DNA of 39,784 bases from a virus (taxonomy: Duplodnaviria; Caudoviricetes): positions 1-39,784 of IMG/VR virus record IMGVR_UViG_3300037462_000136; one strand, given 5' to 3'. Numbering within the stretch: the stretch's first letter is position 1; every line of letters begins with the position of its first letter. Positions 1 through 8,789 of the stretch are shown piece after piece. The notes beneath the pieces were generated by a model, which was given only the letters and a program-made list of their open reading frames with translations, was not told where the DNA came from and searched no databases. The position numbers were made by a program, and so were the translations under genes.

Positions 1-327
1 CGTATCGAGCGCCTCGCGCTGACGATCCACCACCGGCTGAACCCGCGCGAAGAGCGCATCCGCCGCCGCGCGCCGATTGGTTGCCGCGTCGCTGATCCCC
101 GGCAGCGTCGAGAAGTCCGCCGGGCGCGAAAGCATCTGCTCAACCTGGCTCAACTGCCGATTGGCGGCGCGGCCGTAGGTTGCCTGCGCCTGCTCGGTCA
201 TGCTCAGCAGGTTTTGCTGATTGGGCGAAAGCGTCGTGCGCGATTCCCAACGATCCGGCCCGATCTGGTTATAAACGACGCTGCCGGTCGGCGTGTATTG
301 GTTCACGCGGTTAAGATTGGCCTGCAC
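1..327 (+). repeat. Left copy of 327-bp terminal overlap
   Basis: Aligns without gaps to 39458-39784; 215-327 identical, 22 mismatches counted by hand in 1-214. Confidence 0.95.
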
Positions 328-417
328 GCGCGCCGTGTCGGCGTTCATCGCGGCTTGCGCCTGCGCGGTAGCCATCGGATCGGGCGCCGGAGGCGGCGAC
401 GGGGAACCCTTGCCCAT
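1..417 (-). CDS. 5' part of pilot/ejection protein (MGKGSPSPPPAPDPMATAQAQ...), truncated by window edge; continues at 39035-39784
   Basis: ATG at 417 overlaps TAA of the GNAT gene (TAATG); reading frame matches the 39035-39784 ORF; not in the ORF track. Confidence 0.85.
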   Translation of the reverse strand, partial: MGKGSPSPPPAPDPMATAQAQAAMNADTARVQANLNRVNQYTPTGSVVYNQIGPDRWESRTTLSPNQQNLLSMTEQAQATYGRAANRQLSQVEQMLSRPADFSTLPGISDAATNRRAAADALFARVQPVVDRQREALDT

Positions 418-860
418 TATCGAAACCTCTTGATCATCGCGTCATACTCCCGGCTCAACATGCCGAAAATGACGCCGTGGACCTTCGGGCGGCTCGCGAA
501 CATCTCACGCACCGCCCCTTCCCGCTTGAACCCAACGCCCGCAAGCAGCTTCTGCACCGGCACGTTGTCGTGCGCGACAACCGCCGTCAGGCGCCGCCAC
601 TGATACTGCTCAAACGGCACATGCAGCACGGCGCGAATGTTGCCCCGCGTCGCCCATCGCGGCGTTGACGCCGCAAACGATAATTCGCCGACCCGATAGC
701 CGGCCAGATAGTTGTGATACACCGCGCCCGCGATCAACTCGCCGTCGCGGGCGATCCCAAGCGCCGCCAGCGGCCCGAACGCCTCGCCGTAGCCGACATG
801 CGGAATGCGCGCGGCGACCCAATCGGCAACCGCCGCGTCGTGGCCGAACACCAGTTGCAT
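417..860 (-). CDS. GNAT (RimJ/RimL-like) acetyltransferase in the virion module
   Basis: C-terminal RRLTAVVAHDNVPVQKLLAGVGFKREG resembles the RimJ/L N..s.+l..+.GF..EG motif. Confidence 0.75.
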   Translation of the reverse strand: MQLVFGHDAAVADWVAARIPHVGYGEAFGPLAALGIARDGELIAGAVYHNYLAGYRVGELSFAASTPRWATRGNIRAVLHVPFEQYQWRRLTAVVAHDNVPVQKLLAGVGFKREGAVREMFASRPKVHGVIFGMLSREYDAMIKRFR

Positions 861-864
861 CGCC

Positions 865-2412
865 CTAGAGCGCGTTCGCGCTCATCGGCTCAAACACCGC
901 GTCAAAGGCGTTCAGCACGACTTCAACCCCAATGGTGCTTGTCCGCATGCGCGGCGCCATCCAAGTCCCGATGCCGCCGATCGTTGACCACTCGCGCGAG
1001 ATGTAGGACTCGCCGCCCCACGGGGCATTATCCCACAGCGACGTATCCCACAGCCCGACCGAGATATCAGGCGTCGGCGCGGTGTCGGACGGGATGTTGT
1101 CGGAGAAGTCCACATCCACGCCGAGAACCGGCGTAAAGGCCGCGCTCGCCGCGAGGAACGGGCGCAGCATGGTAAGCCGCTTAAGCCCGTTGGTTCCCAG
1201 CGTCGAAAACGCCGTTTTAACCTCGCCGATCGTCGCGGCGCCGTCGTCATCCGCGCCGAAGTCCGCGCGATAAACCACCGTTGCGCCGCCGAAGTAAGGG
1301 GCGCCGTCGAGCAACCCCCAACACCGGGCGTTCATCCCCTGATAGCGGCACCACGCAACCGTGATGCTGTTCATCACCCACTGGTCAAAGACGCTGGAAC
1401 CCTGCGGCGCGTTCACATAGAGCGCCGAGCCGCGCGGATACAGAAACACCTGCCAGCCAAACGCCGCGCGCTGCAAGCCGACCTGGCGCGCAAGTTGCTG
1501 GTCGATCTTGTCGCTAACGCTCGCGTTCGTTTGCTGCGAAGCGTCCAGCCGCATCGCGACCAGAAGCGACACAAGCCCGCTTTCCGTCAGAACCAAGCAA
1601 TCGCCGTTAAAGCGCGTATAGGACCGGGCGCCCGCGACCGGGGGCGAAATGCGAAACCGCCCGACAAGCGCGAAGGTGCTAGCCCCAGACGGGTCGGTCC
1701 CGCTGTAGAGCGCAACCTCGCCCTCAGTCGAGACGAAGGCGATGCCCTGCTCTACGTCCGAACCCGAGTTGAACGAAAGCGGCGTGATGATCGCCAGCCG
1801 CCCGCCGAGCGAGTAGACCGGCCCGAGGTCCAGCGCCGTCGCCGCACCCGCAATGGCGCCGCTCGGCAGATACCAAGCCTTGGCGCTATCGTCCTCCACG
1901 AACCAAAGGCGATTGCCCCACACGGTTACGTCAATGAAGTCCGCTGCCGTCGCGCCCGTAATGCTCTGCGTCGCCCATGTGGACCCGTCATAGGTCCGCA
2001 CGCCATCAGCGGCGTTGACCGCGACGAGATAGTCGCCGCCGCTGGTCGTGAACATCGTGTGCTGCCAGCGGGCGTTCGTCAGGCTTGACAACGCCGCCGC
2101 GCCGATCGCGCCCGCGCTGGTCGCGTCATAGATCGCCGTTCCAGCCGCCGCCCACAACTTGCGCGAGGTCGGGCTGGCATACTCCATCAGCGTCTCAACC
2201 GCCGCCGGGAAGCCCGTCGCATGCTCGGCAAAGCCCCGCCGAAGGCGCACATAGGACGCCTCGGGGAAGAAGTTATCGAGGATCAGCGCCTCGTTGGGCT
2301 TCAACTGCGCGATACTGTCGCGGAAGTTCAGCCCGGCGACCGGCGCCGGCATGGTGACAAAGCGCCCGCGCGGCTGGCGCGAAGGATTGGCGCGGACGGC
2401 TTGGCGAAGCAT
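865..2412 (-). CDS. Tail nozzle / packaged-DNA stabilisation protein (P22 gp10-like)
   Basis: About 515 aa, beta-rich, follows adaptor; ATG at 2412 coupled to upstream TGA (TGATG). Confidence 0.75.
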   Translation of the reverse strand: MLRQAVRANPSRQPRGRFVTMPAPVAGLNFRDSIAQLKPNEALILDNFFPEASYVRLRRGFAEHATGFPAAVETLMEYASPTSRKLWAAAGTAIYDATSAGAIGAAALSSLTNARWQHTMFTTSGGDYLVAVNAADGVRTYDGSTWATQSITGATAADFIDVTVWGNRLWFVEDDSAKAWYLPSGAIAGAATALDLGPVYSLGGRLAIITPLSFNSGSDVEQGIAFVSTEGEVALYSGTDPSGASTFALVGRFRISPPVAGARSYTRFNGDCLVLTESGLVSLLVAMRLDASQQTNASVSDKIDQQLARQVGLQRAAFGWQVFLYPRGSALYVNAPQGSSVFDQWVMNSITVAWCRYQGMNARCWGLLDGAPYFGGATVVYRADFGADDDGAATIGEVKTAFSTLGTNGLKRLTMLRPFLAASAAFTPVLGVDVDFSDNIPSDTAPTPDISVGLWDTSLWDNAPWGGESYISREWSTIGGIGTWMAPRMRTSTIGVEVVLNAFDAVFEPMSANAL

Positions 2413-3122
2413 CAGACAGACCAAGAACCTTCAGGCACCAGCGGCAGGCGAGCGCCCGCGCCGAGGCCGTTCATGCCCGAAAGGTCAACCGTCCGACGCG
2501 AACCATCCCGCGCCATCAGGTTAGTAACCTCTACCTCATAGTTCCGCATCGCCTCGGCGTAATCCAGGCCGCGCGATTGCAGGTAGCGCCACACGATGCC
2601 GAGCGTCATCGCCTCGGCGTCGAGCAGCGGAACATCCGTATCGGCCGCCCATGCGGACTGACCCGCCCCGCCCGCGCTTTCGCACCAGTTCTTCGAGACA
2701 TACTCGAAAGCGTAGGTAGACCCGGCCGGCGGCGTCGGGATCAGATAGAGCACATCGCCAACGATGCGGTAGGCATCAAACAGCACCGCCGCCGTGAGCG
2801 CCTGCTGCACCTGCCATTCGCGCGAGTTCAGCGGGCCGCGAACGCCCCGCTTCATAGTGCGGTTGAAGAACGTATCCGCGAGCATGCGCCCACCGAAGTC
2901 CAGCGGCAGCGCGTTAGGCTGGTCAGGCGTGGCGACGCTCGTAAAAGTCTGTTCCTTCGTAAGCGCCTGCCACGTCCACCGCCGCGAAAGCGCCTGCCCC
3001 TCGCGCTGCGCGCACGAAAGCAGCGTGCGCGCCGTCTGATCGCTACCCGCCATGATGCCGACCGGGCGCGGAATGCCGATGATATCGGCCGCGTCGCGGC
3101 ACATAGAGAGCAGCGTTGCCAT
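2412..3122 (-). CDS. Head-tail adaptor / tail tubular protein A-like
   Basis: 236 aa; position between capsid genes and nozzle; LYLIPTP...YAFEYVS pattern typical of podovirus adaptors. Confidence 0.7.
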   Translation of the reverse strand: MATLLSMCRDAADIIGIPRPVGIMAGSDQTARTLLSCAQREGQALSRRWTWQALTKEQTFTSVATPDQPNALPLDFGGRMLADTFFNRTMKRGVRGPLNSREWQVQQALTAAVLFDAYRIVGDVLYLIPTPPAGSTYAFEYVSKNWCESAGGAGQSAWAADTDVPLLDAEAMTLGIVWRYLQSRGLDYAEAMRNYEVEVTNLMARDGSRRTVDLSGMNGLGAGARLPLVPEGSWSV

Positions 3123-3124
3123 GC

Positions 3125-3757
3125 TCAGACTTCCTCAGGAACCTTGCGCGGGCGACCGGGACCGCGCTTTTCCGGCTCGTCCGCAAGCCGGCGAAGCGCG
3201 GCCGTCGCCTCGGCAAGCTGCGCCTTCAGTTCGTCAATCTCGCCCGCCTGCGCGGCAAGCGCCGCCTCGACAGGCGCGGCATTCTCGCGGTGCGCCACAT
3301 AGGCACGGGCCAGGTCGCGGATGCGCCGCACGTCGGGCAGCCGCACCTTGCCAATCTGCGCGTCTTCAATCAGCGCGATGTGTTCCACCGCCGCAAAGCC
3401 AGCATCCTTGAACGCCTTCGCCTGCGCCTTGGAGAGCGCGGACCACGCCTCAAGCGGCGTTCCGTCCGCTGGGGCTTCCTGCCCCTTCTTCCAGGCTTCG
3501 TAAGCGCCCTCGATGGCGACCCAAACCGGGTTCGGCTCTTCCTGCCCATCATCGTTGATGGACTTCATGGGCTTGCGCACACGGCTGATCTTGTCCACCA
3601 CCATCATGGACATATCGCCGCGCTTGCCCCACTTGACCCAATCGACGGCGCGCATCTGGCCGGGCGCGTCCGGATCAGGCTCGTAGTCCGTCCAGAACTG
3701 CAAAGGGACAACGGTCAGCCGGCGGTTAGACCCCGGCGTCGGTGTGTCGAGAAGCAT
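3125..3757 (-). CDS. Conserved phage protein with C-terminal coiled coil and KRGPGRPRK tail
   Basis: Good RBS (GAGGG), operon position; function unknown. Confidence 0.7.
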   Translation of the reverse strand: MLLDTPTPGSNRRLTVVPLQFWTDYEPDPDAPGQMRAVDWVKWGKRGDMSMMVVDKISRVRKPMKSINDDGQEEPNPVWVAIEGAYEAWKKGQEAPADGTPLEAWSALSKAQAKAFKDAGFAAVEHIALIEDAQIGKVRLPDVRRIRDLARAYVAHRENAAPVEAALAAQAGEIDELKAQLAEATAALRRLADEPEKRGPGRPRKVPEEV

Positions 3758-3778
3758 TGGTTTCCCTCACAAAGTGAA

Positions 3779-3804
3779 AGGGGCGAGGCCGAAGCCCCGC
3801 CCCC
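3779..3804 (-). terminator. Rho-independent terminator after capsid/decoration genes
   Basis: Minus strand AGGGGCGGGGC-TTCG-GCCTCGCCCCT followed by TTCACTTT; C(UUCG)G tetraloop. Confidence 0.75.
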
Positions 3805-3809
3805 TCCGG

Positions 3810-4298
3810 TTAGATGGTCGCGTCGAAGAACGGATAGTTCAGGACGCCCGGCGCGGTGCCGGCGGAACCGCCGCGCGCCGTGGTCAGGTAAATGCCCTGC
3901 ACCTGGATCGCGCCCGCCGTGCCGTCGTCGTCAATCTGGCCGGCGGTCGCCGTGGTGTTCAGGCGAACGTTGGCGGCGCACGACGCCGCCACCTGCACAT
4001 CCGCCGGCCCCTTGACCTGCACCCACCCGAAGGACGAAGCCGCGATGGCAGCGGGCGCAACGCCCGCCAGATCGCCGCGCGCGTCGTTCGACGTGGACAC
4101 CATCAGCGCGGTGTAAGCCTCGTCAATGATGACGACGAAGCCCGGCCCGGTGACGCCGCCAGCGCCGGCCTGCACGAAGACAAATTCCTTGCCGTCGTTG
4201 GCCGTAAAGCGATCCCCGACCGAGAACCCCTTACCCTGCTGCTGCATCTCAGTCAGGGTGTAGGTTTCGGAGGGGTTAGCCCCAATCAGATACCCCAT
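3810..4298 (-). CDS. Capsid decoration/cement-like protein
   Basis: 162 aa Gly/Ala-rich, directly after major capsid, strong RBS AGGAGG, GWVQVKG motif. Confidence 0.6.
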   Translation of the reverse strand: MGYLIGANPSETYTLTEMQQQGKGFSVGDRFTANDGKEFVFVQAGAGGVTGPGFVVIIDEAYTALMVSTSNDARGDLAGVAPAAIAASSFGWVQVKGPADVQVAASCAANVRLNTTATAGQIDDDGTAGAIQVQGIYLTTARGGSAGTAPGVLNYPFFDATI

Positions 4299-4311
4299 TG
4301 CTCAGCCCTCC

Positions 4312-5280
4312 TTACGAGGCGTCGATCAGAATGCCCTGAAGGGCACGGTTGGAGCACACAAGCTGCCCCTGCCAGATGATCGGAATAACCACCGCGTCCT
4401 GATTGATGCTCATCTTCTCATCGAGCGTGGACCAGTTCGCTTCGCGGTGAACGACGAGTTCAAGGTACTTCGTGTTGAGGAAGTACATGCGCTCGCCCGT
4501 GGTGGCGAAGTTGGTGTTGCTGTCGAAGATGACCGGGATGTTCCCGGCATACATCAGCGACTGGAAGCCCGCCGCCGCGCTATCCGCCGACGCGAACCGC
4601 TGGAGGTCCTGGAGGGACTCCCAGTAAGCCGCGTAGAAGTCATGCGTGGAGACGATCACGTCCGGCTTGTCGGCGCCGCGCACCAGCGACAGATACAGGG
4701 CGTTCATCTCGCCCTTGATCGTCGCCTTGGTCCAGGTGTTGGAACCGCTGATCTCGCGGAACTTGTTCGCCCAGAAACCGAAGGTGCCGGCGTCAATGCC
4801 GCCAACGGTGCCCGCGCCGTTCGTCTGGATGATCGACGCAAGGCCGCCCATCTGGTTGGCGAGCGCGCCGTTGCTGTAGAGGTCCAGCGACATGAAGTTG
4901 GACGCGGTAGACAGCGCGTTCTTCAGCCGGGCTTCGGCCAGATCAACGATCTGCTCCTTGCCGGCGTTCATGCGCAGTTCGGCGCCAGACGCGGTGACGT
5001 GCACGGCAGCCTGCACCCACGGATAGCGGGCCGCAGTCAGCACGTCCGACGCCTGCACGTTCAGCGTGTCGTAGCCGCTGTAACGCTGATACGTCTGGTT
5101 GTTGGCGTAGTCCACGGGGCGGATGATCTCGTAACCGCCCGAGACGGTCTTGATCTTGCCCTTGGACTTCATCCAACGATAAAGCGCGTTGTGCTGCGAA
5201 ACGTTGTCCGCCACTTCGGACGGATGGGAACGGAGCGTGGTGGTCACGATCTCCGTAAAGGTCGAATTCGGCGACGGCAT
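4312..5280 (-). CDS. Major capsid protein
   Basis: 322 aa after scaffold; IVTTTL...DNV...NAL start, MYFLNTKYL and G.L..SNR..QG end typical of this capsid family; strong RBS. Confidence 0.9.
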   Translation of the reverse strand: MPSPNSTFTEIVTTTLRSHPSEVADNVSQHNALYRWMKSKGKIKTVSGGYEIIRPVDYANNQTYQRYSGYDTLNVQASDVLTAARYPWVQAAVHVTASGAELRMNAGKEQIVDLAEARLKNALSTASNFMSLDLYSNGALANQMGGLASIIQTNGAGTVGGIDAGTFGFWANKFREISGSNTWTKATIKGEMNALYLSLVRGADKPDVIVSTHDFYAAYWESLQDLQRFASADSAAAGFQSLMYAGNIPVIFDSNTNFATTGERMYFLNTKYLELVVHREANWSTLDEKMSINQDAVVIPIIWQGQLVCSNRALQGILIDAS

Positions 5281-5308
5281 TGTTTTCTCCTATGCCGCTA
5301 GCGTTGCG

Positions 5309-6325
5309 TTACGCCGAGTAGAGGCGCTCAGCAGCCCGCTCCATCGTCTCGCGCATGGTCGCCGCTGGTGCCGGGTTCACGCGGCTATCAGATCGCACGT
5401 TGATCGCCGCCGCCCGCCGCGCCTTCTCGGCTTCGGCCTGGCGCTTGGCTTCTTCCGCCTTGCGCTCGGCCTCCAAGCGAGCCGCGCGCGTCTGCGGATT
5501 AGCCCAGACGGCTTTTTCATAGGCATCCTGCAAGTCCTTCGCGGCGCCCGACTGAATGAGCGCGGCCATGTCCTGCCGCACCGCCTCGAAGTCGGGCTTG
5601 TCCTTTGCGAAGGCGTCCAGTTCCGCCCGCGTGCTTTGATAGACCCGCTGAACCTCGGCTGCCTGCGCAGCCTGTTCGCGAGAGATTCGCTCCTGCTGAA
5701 ACTGCTTCAGTTCGGCAATCTCGGTGCGAAGGCGCTGAATTTCCGGGTCAACCCAGACATTCTGCGCCTCATTGGGCTGCGCCTGCTGCGGCGGGCCGCC
5801 CCATTCGACGCCAAACCGCTTCGCGAGTTCGGGCAGGACGGCTTGCGGGTTCGCGACCAACTGTTGCCAGGCATTCACGATGTCGGGCAGCGCCCGCTCG
5901 GGAATGAGGCCGTGTTGCTCGAAGGCTCCGCGAAGGCTCCTAGCCGTTTCAACGAACGGGTCGGGCGGCGGCGCAGGTGGGGCGGCAGTCACGCGCGACA
6001 GGATGCCTTCCTGAACGCTACGCGGCAGCCGGTTCCAATCAACCTGCGCCTTGTCGCTGAAGCCTTCCGGCGGTGCCAGCCTCTCGGGCTGCGCTGCCGC
6101 TTCCGGCTCAGCGTCATTCGGTTGCGAGGAAGCATAGCGGCCATCCGGGCCGCGTTCTTTGCCTTCCTCGCGCTCGCGCTTCTCAATCGCCTCATAGGCG
6201 GCAAGCGCGGTGTCTCGTATCGTCTGCGGCTCCGCAGGCGCGGCGGGCGTCTCTACGGAGGCAGAAACGGGCGCGTCCTGCTGTTCGCTGGCGCCTTCCG
6301 GCGCTGCGGTGACAGTCTCGCTCAT
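5309..6325 (-). CDS. Scaffolding protein
   Basis: Acidic helical/coiled protein upstream of capsid; RGPDGRY and AYEKAVWANP motifs. Confidence 0.8.
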   Translation of the reverse strand: MSETVTAAPEGASEQQDAPVSASVETPAAPAEPQTIRDTALAAYEAIEKREREEGKERGPDGRYASSQPNDAEPEAAAQPERLAPPEGFSDKAQVDWNRLPRSVQEGILSRVTAAPPAPPPDPFVETARSLRGAFEQHGLIPERALPDIVNAWQQLVANPQAVLPELAKRFGVEWGGPPQQAQPNEAQNVWVDPEIQRLRTEIAELKQFQQERISREQAAQAAEVQRVYQSTRAELDAFAKDKPDFEAVRQDMAALIQSGAAKDLQDAYEKAVWANPQTRAARLEAERKAEEAKRQAEAEKARRAAAINVRSDSRVNPAPAATMRETMERAAERLYSA

Positions 6326-6334
6326 GTGTTGCGA

Positions 6335-6610
6335 CTACTCCGGTTTGCTGCGGCTAAGCCCGCGACCCTCGCGCCAATCGCCGACCCAGGACGGGGCGAC
6401 GGGGCGCGCCGGCTTCTCGGAAGGATCAACCTCCCGCACATTCGCCCGCGCCATGACCTCGCGCCGATGCGCCTTGCCGTCGATAAAGCCTATCGGCGTC
6501 TTCATCGGCGGATGGTCGCGAACGATCATCGGCGCCAGCGAAGGCGCGCGGGGGCCGGTCACAACCTCCACAAGAGATTGCGTCTCGGCGTCCCAAACAT
6601 AACGCGGCAT
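6335..6610 (-). CDS. Hypothetical phage protein
   Basis: Coupled (TGATG) in late operon. Confidence 0.65.
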   Translation of the reverse strand: MPRYVWDAETQSLVEVVTGPRAPSLAPMIVRDHPPMKTPIGFIDGKAHRREVMARANVREVDPSEKPARPVAPSWVGDWREGRGLSRSKPE

Positions 6611-7539
6611 CAGATCACCAAGAGTAGAACCGCCTCGTCGTCGTCCTCGGCCTGGCGGGCCTGGATCGCGGCAAGGCGCGTTGCGATATCCTCAAGCCGC
6701 GCGAGCGCGGCGGCGTCGATTGCGGATGCGCGGAGTTCCGCGACAACATCGCGCGCGGCCTGCGGCGCGACCGCCTCCGCGATTTCCTCTAGAACCTCTT
6801 CCGGCGCTTCCGGCGCCACTTCGTCGCGCAGTCCGGCAGCGGCTTCCAGCGTGGCGCGCAGTTCGGCCATGCGCGCGGCGCGCTCGGCTTCGTAGTCGCG
6901 CTCGGCCGCAGCCTGCTTTTCAGCCTCGCGGCGGTAACGCTCGGGGGCGTCGTCTCCGCCGCCGCCGAAGTCCACGACAACATTGCCCGACGCCGCGCCC
7001 GCGATCAGCGCAACCAGCGCGGCGACCGTCGCGCCGTTGGCCGTGGCATCTACTGCGCCAGCGCCGCCAGTTGCGTTGCCCGCAATCAGCGACGCCGTTA
7101 CCGTTTGCGTGACGCCGGCCGCCTGAGATGCCGCCGAGGCCGCGCCTGCCAGAAGCGTGGCGGTTATTGTGCGAGTAACACCCGCCGCCTGCGACGCCGC
7201 ACTAGCAGCGCCAGCAACAAGCGACGCGGAGGCCGTTAGCGTGGCGCCGTTTGCGGTCGCGCTAACACCCGCTGATGCCGCCCCAGCGATAAACGTGACA
7301 GTGACGGTTCGCGTGACGCCCGCCGCCGTGCTGGCCGCCTGGCCGGCGCCTGCGACAAGGGTCGCCGTGACCGTCCGAGTGACGCCGTTCGCGGTGGCGT
7401 CGCCAGCGGGCGGGGCGCTTTCCCAGAAGTGCCAGTTATAGACCGCGCCGCCGGCTTCCTCGCCCTCGAAGCCGAAGATAAGCGGGTTGCCGCCTCGGAA
7501 CCGCTGGTAGGATTGGAGCGGCTTGCGAAGCGCCGTCAT
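6610..7539 (-). CDS. Ala/Thr-repeat protein, possible head fibre
   Basis: About six ~22-aa repeats A(N/A)G(V/A)TxTxTAxLxAGA, then charged helix and DDDEAVLLLVI end. Confidence 0.6.
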   Translation of the reverse strand: MTALRKPLQSYQRFRGGNPLIFGFEGEEAGGAVYNWHFWESAPPAGDATANGVTRTVTATLVAGAGQAASTAAGVTRTVTVTFIAGAASAGVSATANGATLTASASLVAGAASAASQAAGVTRTITATLLAGAASAASQAAGVTQTVTASLIAGNATGGAGAVDATANGATVAALVALIAGAASGNVVVDFGGGGDDAPERYRREAEKQAAAERDYEAERAARMAELRATLEAAAGLRDEVAPEAPEEVLEEIAEAVAPQAARDVVAELRASAIDAAALARLEDIATRLAAIQARQAEDDDEAVLLLVI

Positions 7540-7542
7540 GGC

Positions 7543-8373
7543 CTAGCCGTGCGCGATCTTGCCCTGAAGGCGCACCGTGCCCGTGGAGGTCGTGGAAGCG
7601 TTCATCACCAAAAACAGCGAAGACGAGTTGTAGATTTCCGGCAGCCCCAGCGTCGCCCAATCGAAGGCTTCCGCCTTGTTCGCGAGGATCATCGGGAAAG
7701 AGGACCGATGGCGCGTCGCCGTCACGCCGAAGTTGCCCGCCGTGCCCGTGGTCGCGCTCAACTGAACCGTGTTCACGTCGCGGATGAACAGCCCGGAGGT
7801 CGGGTTGAAGACGTTCAGCGGCAGCATGAACGACGCCGGCCGCGTGGCAGCGAGCGAGATCGCGCTCAGGTTGCCAGACGAGCCATCGTTATAGGTGACG
7901 TTCACCGTCGCCGTGACCGCCGTGCCGCCAGTCGCGGTATACCATTCCAGCCACCAATTCACGTCGCTGAAATTCGCGTCTCCCTTGCGCGCGTCGATGT
8001 TGTCGGAGCCCAGGTTCGCGTTCAGGTCCAGATCGACCGTCTGCGCGGTCGTGAGCGTCCCGTTGAGGCCGCCCATATGCATCAACCTGTCGTGAATTTC
8101 GAGGCCCGGCGCCGTGTTGGAACACACGACGGCCGCCCACGCGAGATAGGACGTAGCGGGCGCAGTCTGCTGCGCGAAGTTGAACGCGCCGACCGTGTTG
8201 TTCGTGCAGCGCGCCGCCGCGCCGGGAATGCCGCCCTGCGAAGGCTGGCCGGTCGCGCGCCACAGCGAGTAGTAAGCGCCCGCGACCGCCGTGATGCTCG
8301 CCTTGTCCGCAAGAATGCGCGTGGAGTTGTTCCCCAGCGCATCGAGCAGTTGGTCGCCGGTCGTGATCGTCAC
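7543..8373 (-). CDS. Putative virion structural protein
   Basis: 276 aa T/A/G/N-rich beta-type composition; coupled to neighbours. Confidence 0.6.
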   Translation of the reverse strand: MTITTGDQLLDALGNNSTRILADKASITAVAGAYYSLWRATGQPSQGGIPGAAARCTNNTVGAFNFAQQTAPATSYLAWAAVVCSNTAPGLEIHDRLMHMGGLNGTLTTAQTVDLDLNANLGSDNIDARKGDANFSDVNWWLEWYTATGGTAVTATVNVTYNDGSSGNLSAISLAATRPASFMLPLNVFNPTSGLFIRDVNTVQLSATTGTAGNFGVTATRHRSSFPMILANKAEAFDWATLGLPEIYNSSSLFLVMNASTTSTGTVRLQGKIAHG

Positions 8374-8789
8374 AGCGCAAACCTCAACGTCGAGGCCGTG
8401 AGCGTGAACGTCCCCGCCGTCGTGGACACGTCCGACCCGAAGTCCACCACCGCGATCAACTCATCCGCCGAGGACGCGCCGCCGCGCGACTTGTAGTAAA
8501 CCGCCTTGCGCGCCGTGATCGTGGAACTCGGCCAGGTCGTGCCGCCCAGCGTGATGTCCAGCCGGTTGTTCGCCGTGTCCACCGCGTTGACCGTCACCGT
8601 GACCGTGTTGCCGCCGGCCGTGTAGCCAGTGCCGGTCACTTCGTTCGTCACGTCGTTCCGGAAGTCGTGAAGATCCAGGTCTTCCGTGTAGGACGCGGTC
8701 GTCAGCAGCACGCGGAAGGTGTCCGTGTCATAGTCAATCGACCCGATTGCCTGGTTCCGCAGCGCGGGGAGGTAAATTCCGCTCGGCAT
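8370..8789 (-). CDS. Putative virion structural protein
   Basis: IDYDTDTFRVLL...NEVTGTGYTAGG...LIAVVDFG..GTFTL pattern seen in phage fibre-associated proteins. Confidence 0.65.
   Translation of the reverse strand: MPSGIYLPALRNQAIGSIDYDTDTFRVLLTTASYTEDLDLHDFRNDVTNEVTGTGYTAGGNTVTVTVNAVDTANNRLDITLGGTTWPSSTITARKAVYYKSRGGASSADELIAVVDFGSDVSTTAGTFTLTASTLRFAL

Noticed and set aside
1-214. Diverged repeat as a diversity-generating retroelement TR/VR pair
   Set aside because: Mismatches are synonymous third-position changes, not adenine-specific, and no reverse transcriptase is present
417-860. GNAT as a TacT-like toxin paired with the phage Pth2
   Set aside because: RimJ/L-like rather than TA-type, no adjacent RHH antitoxin, and far from pth2 within the structural operon
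5189-6895. 568-aa plus-strand ORF and similar long ORFs (8747-10093, 33183-34385, 36311-38392, 21666-23180)
   Set aside because: Antisense shadows of well-supported genes, expected in high-GC DNA; Arg-rich with no motifs
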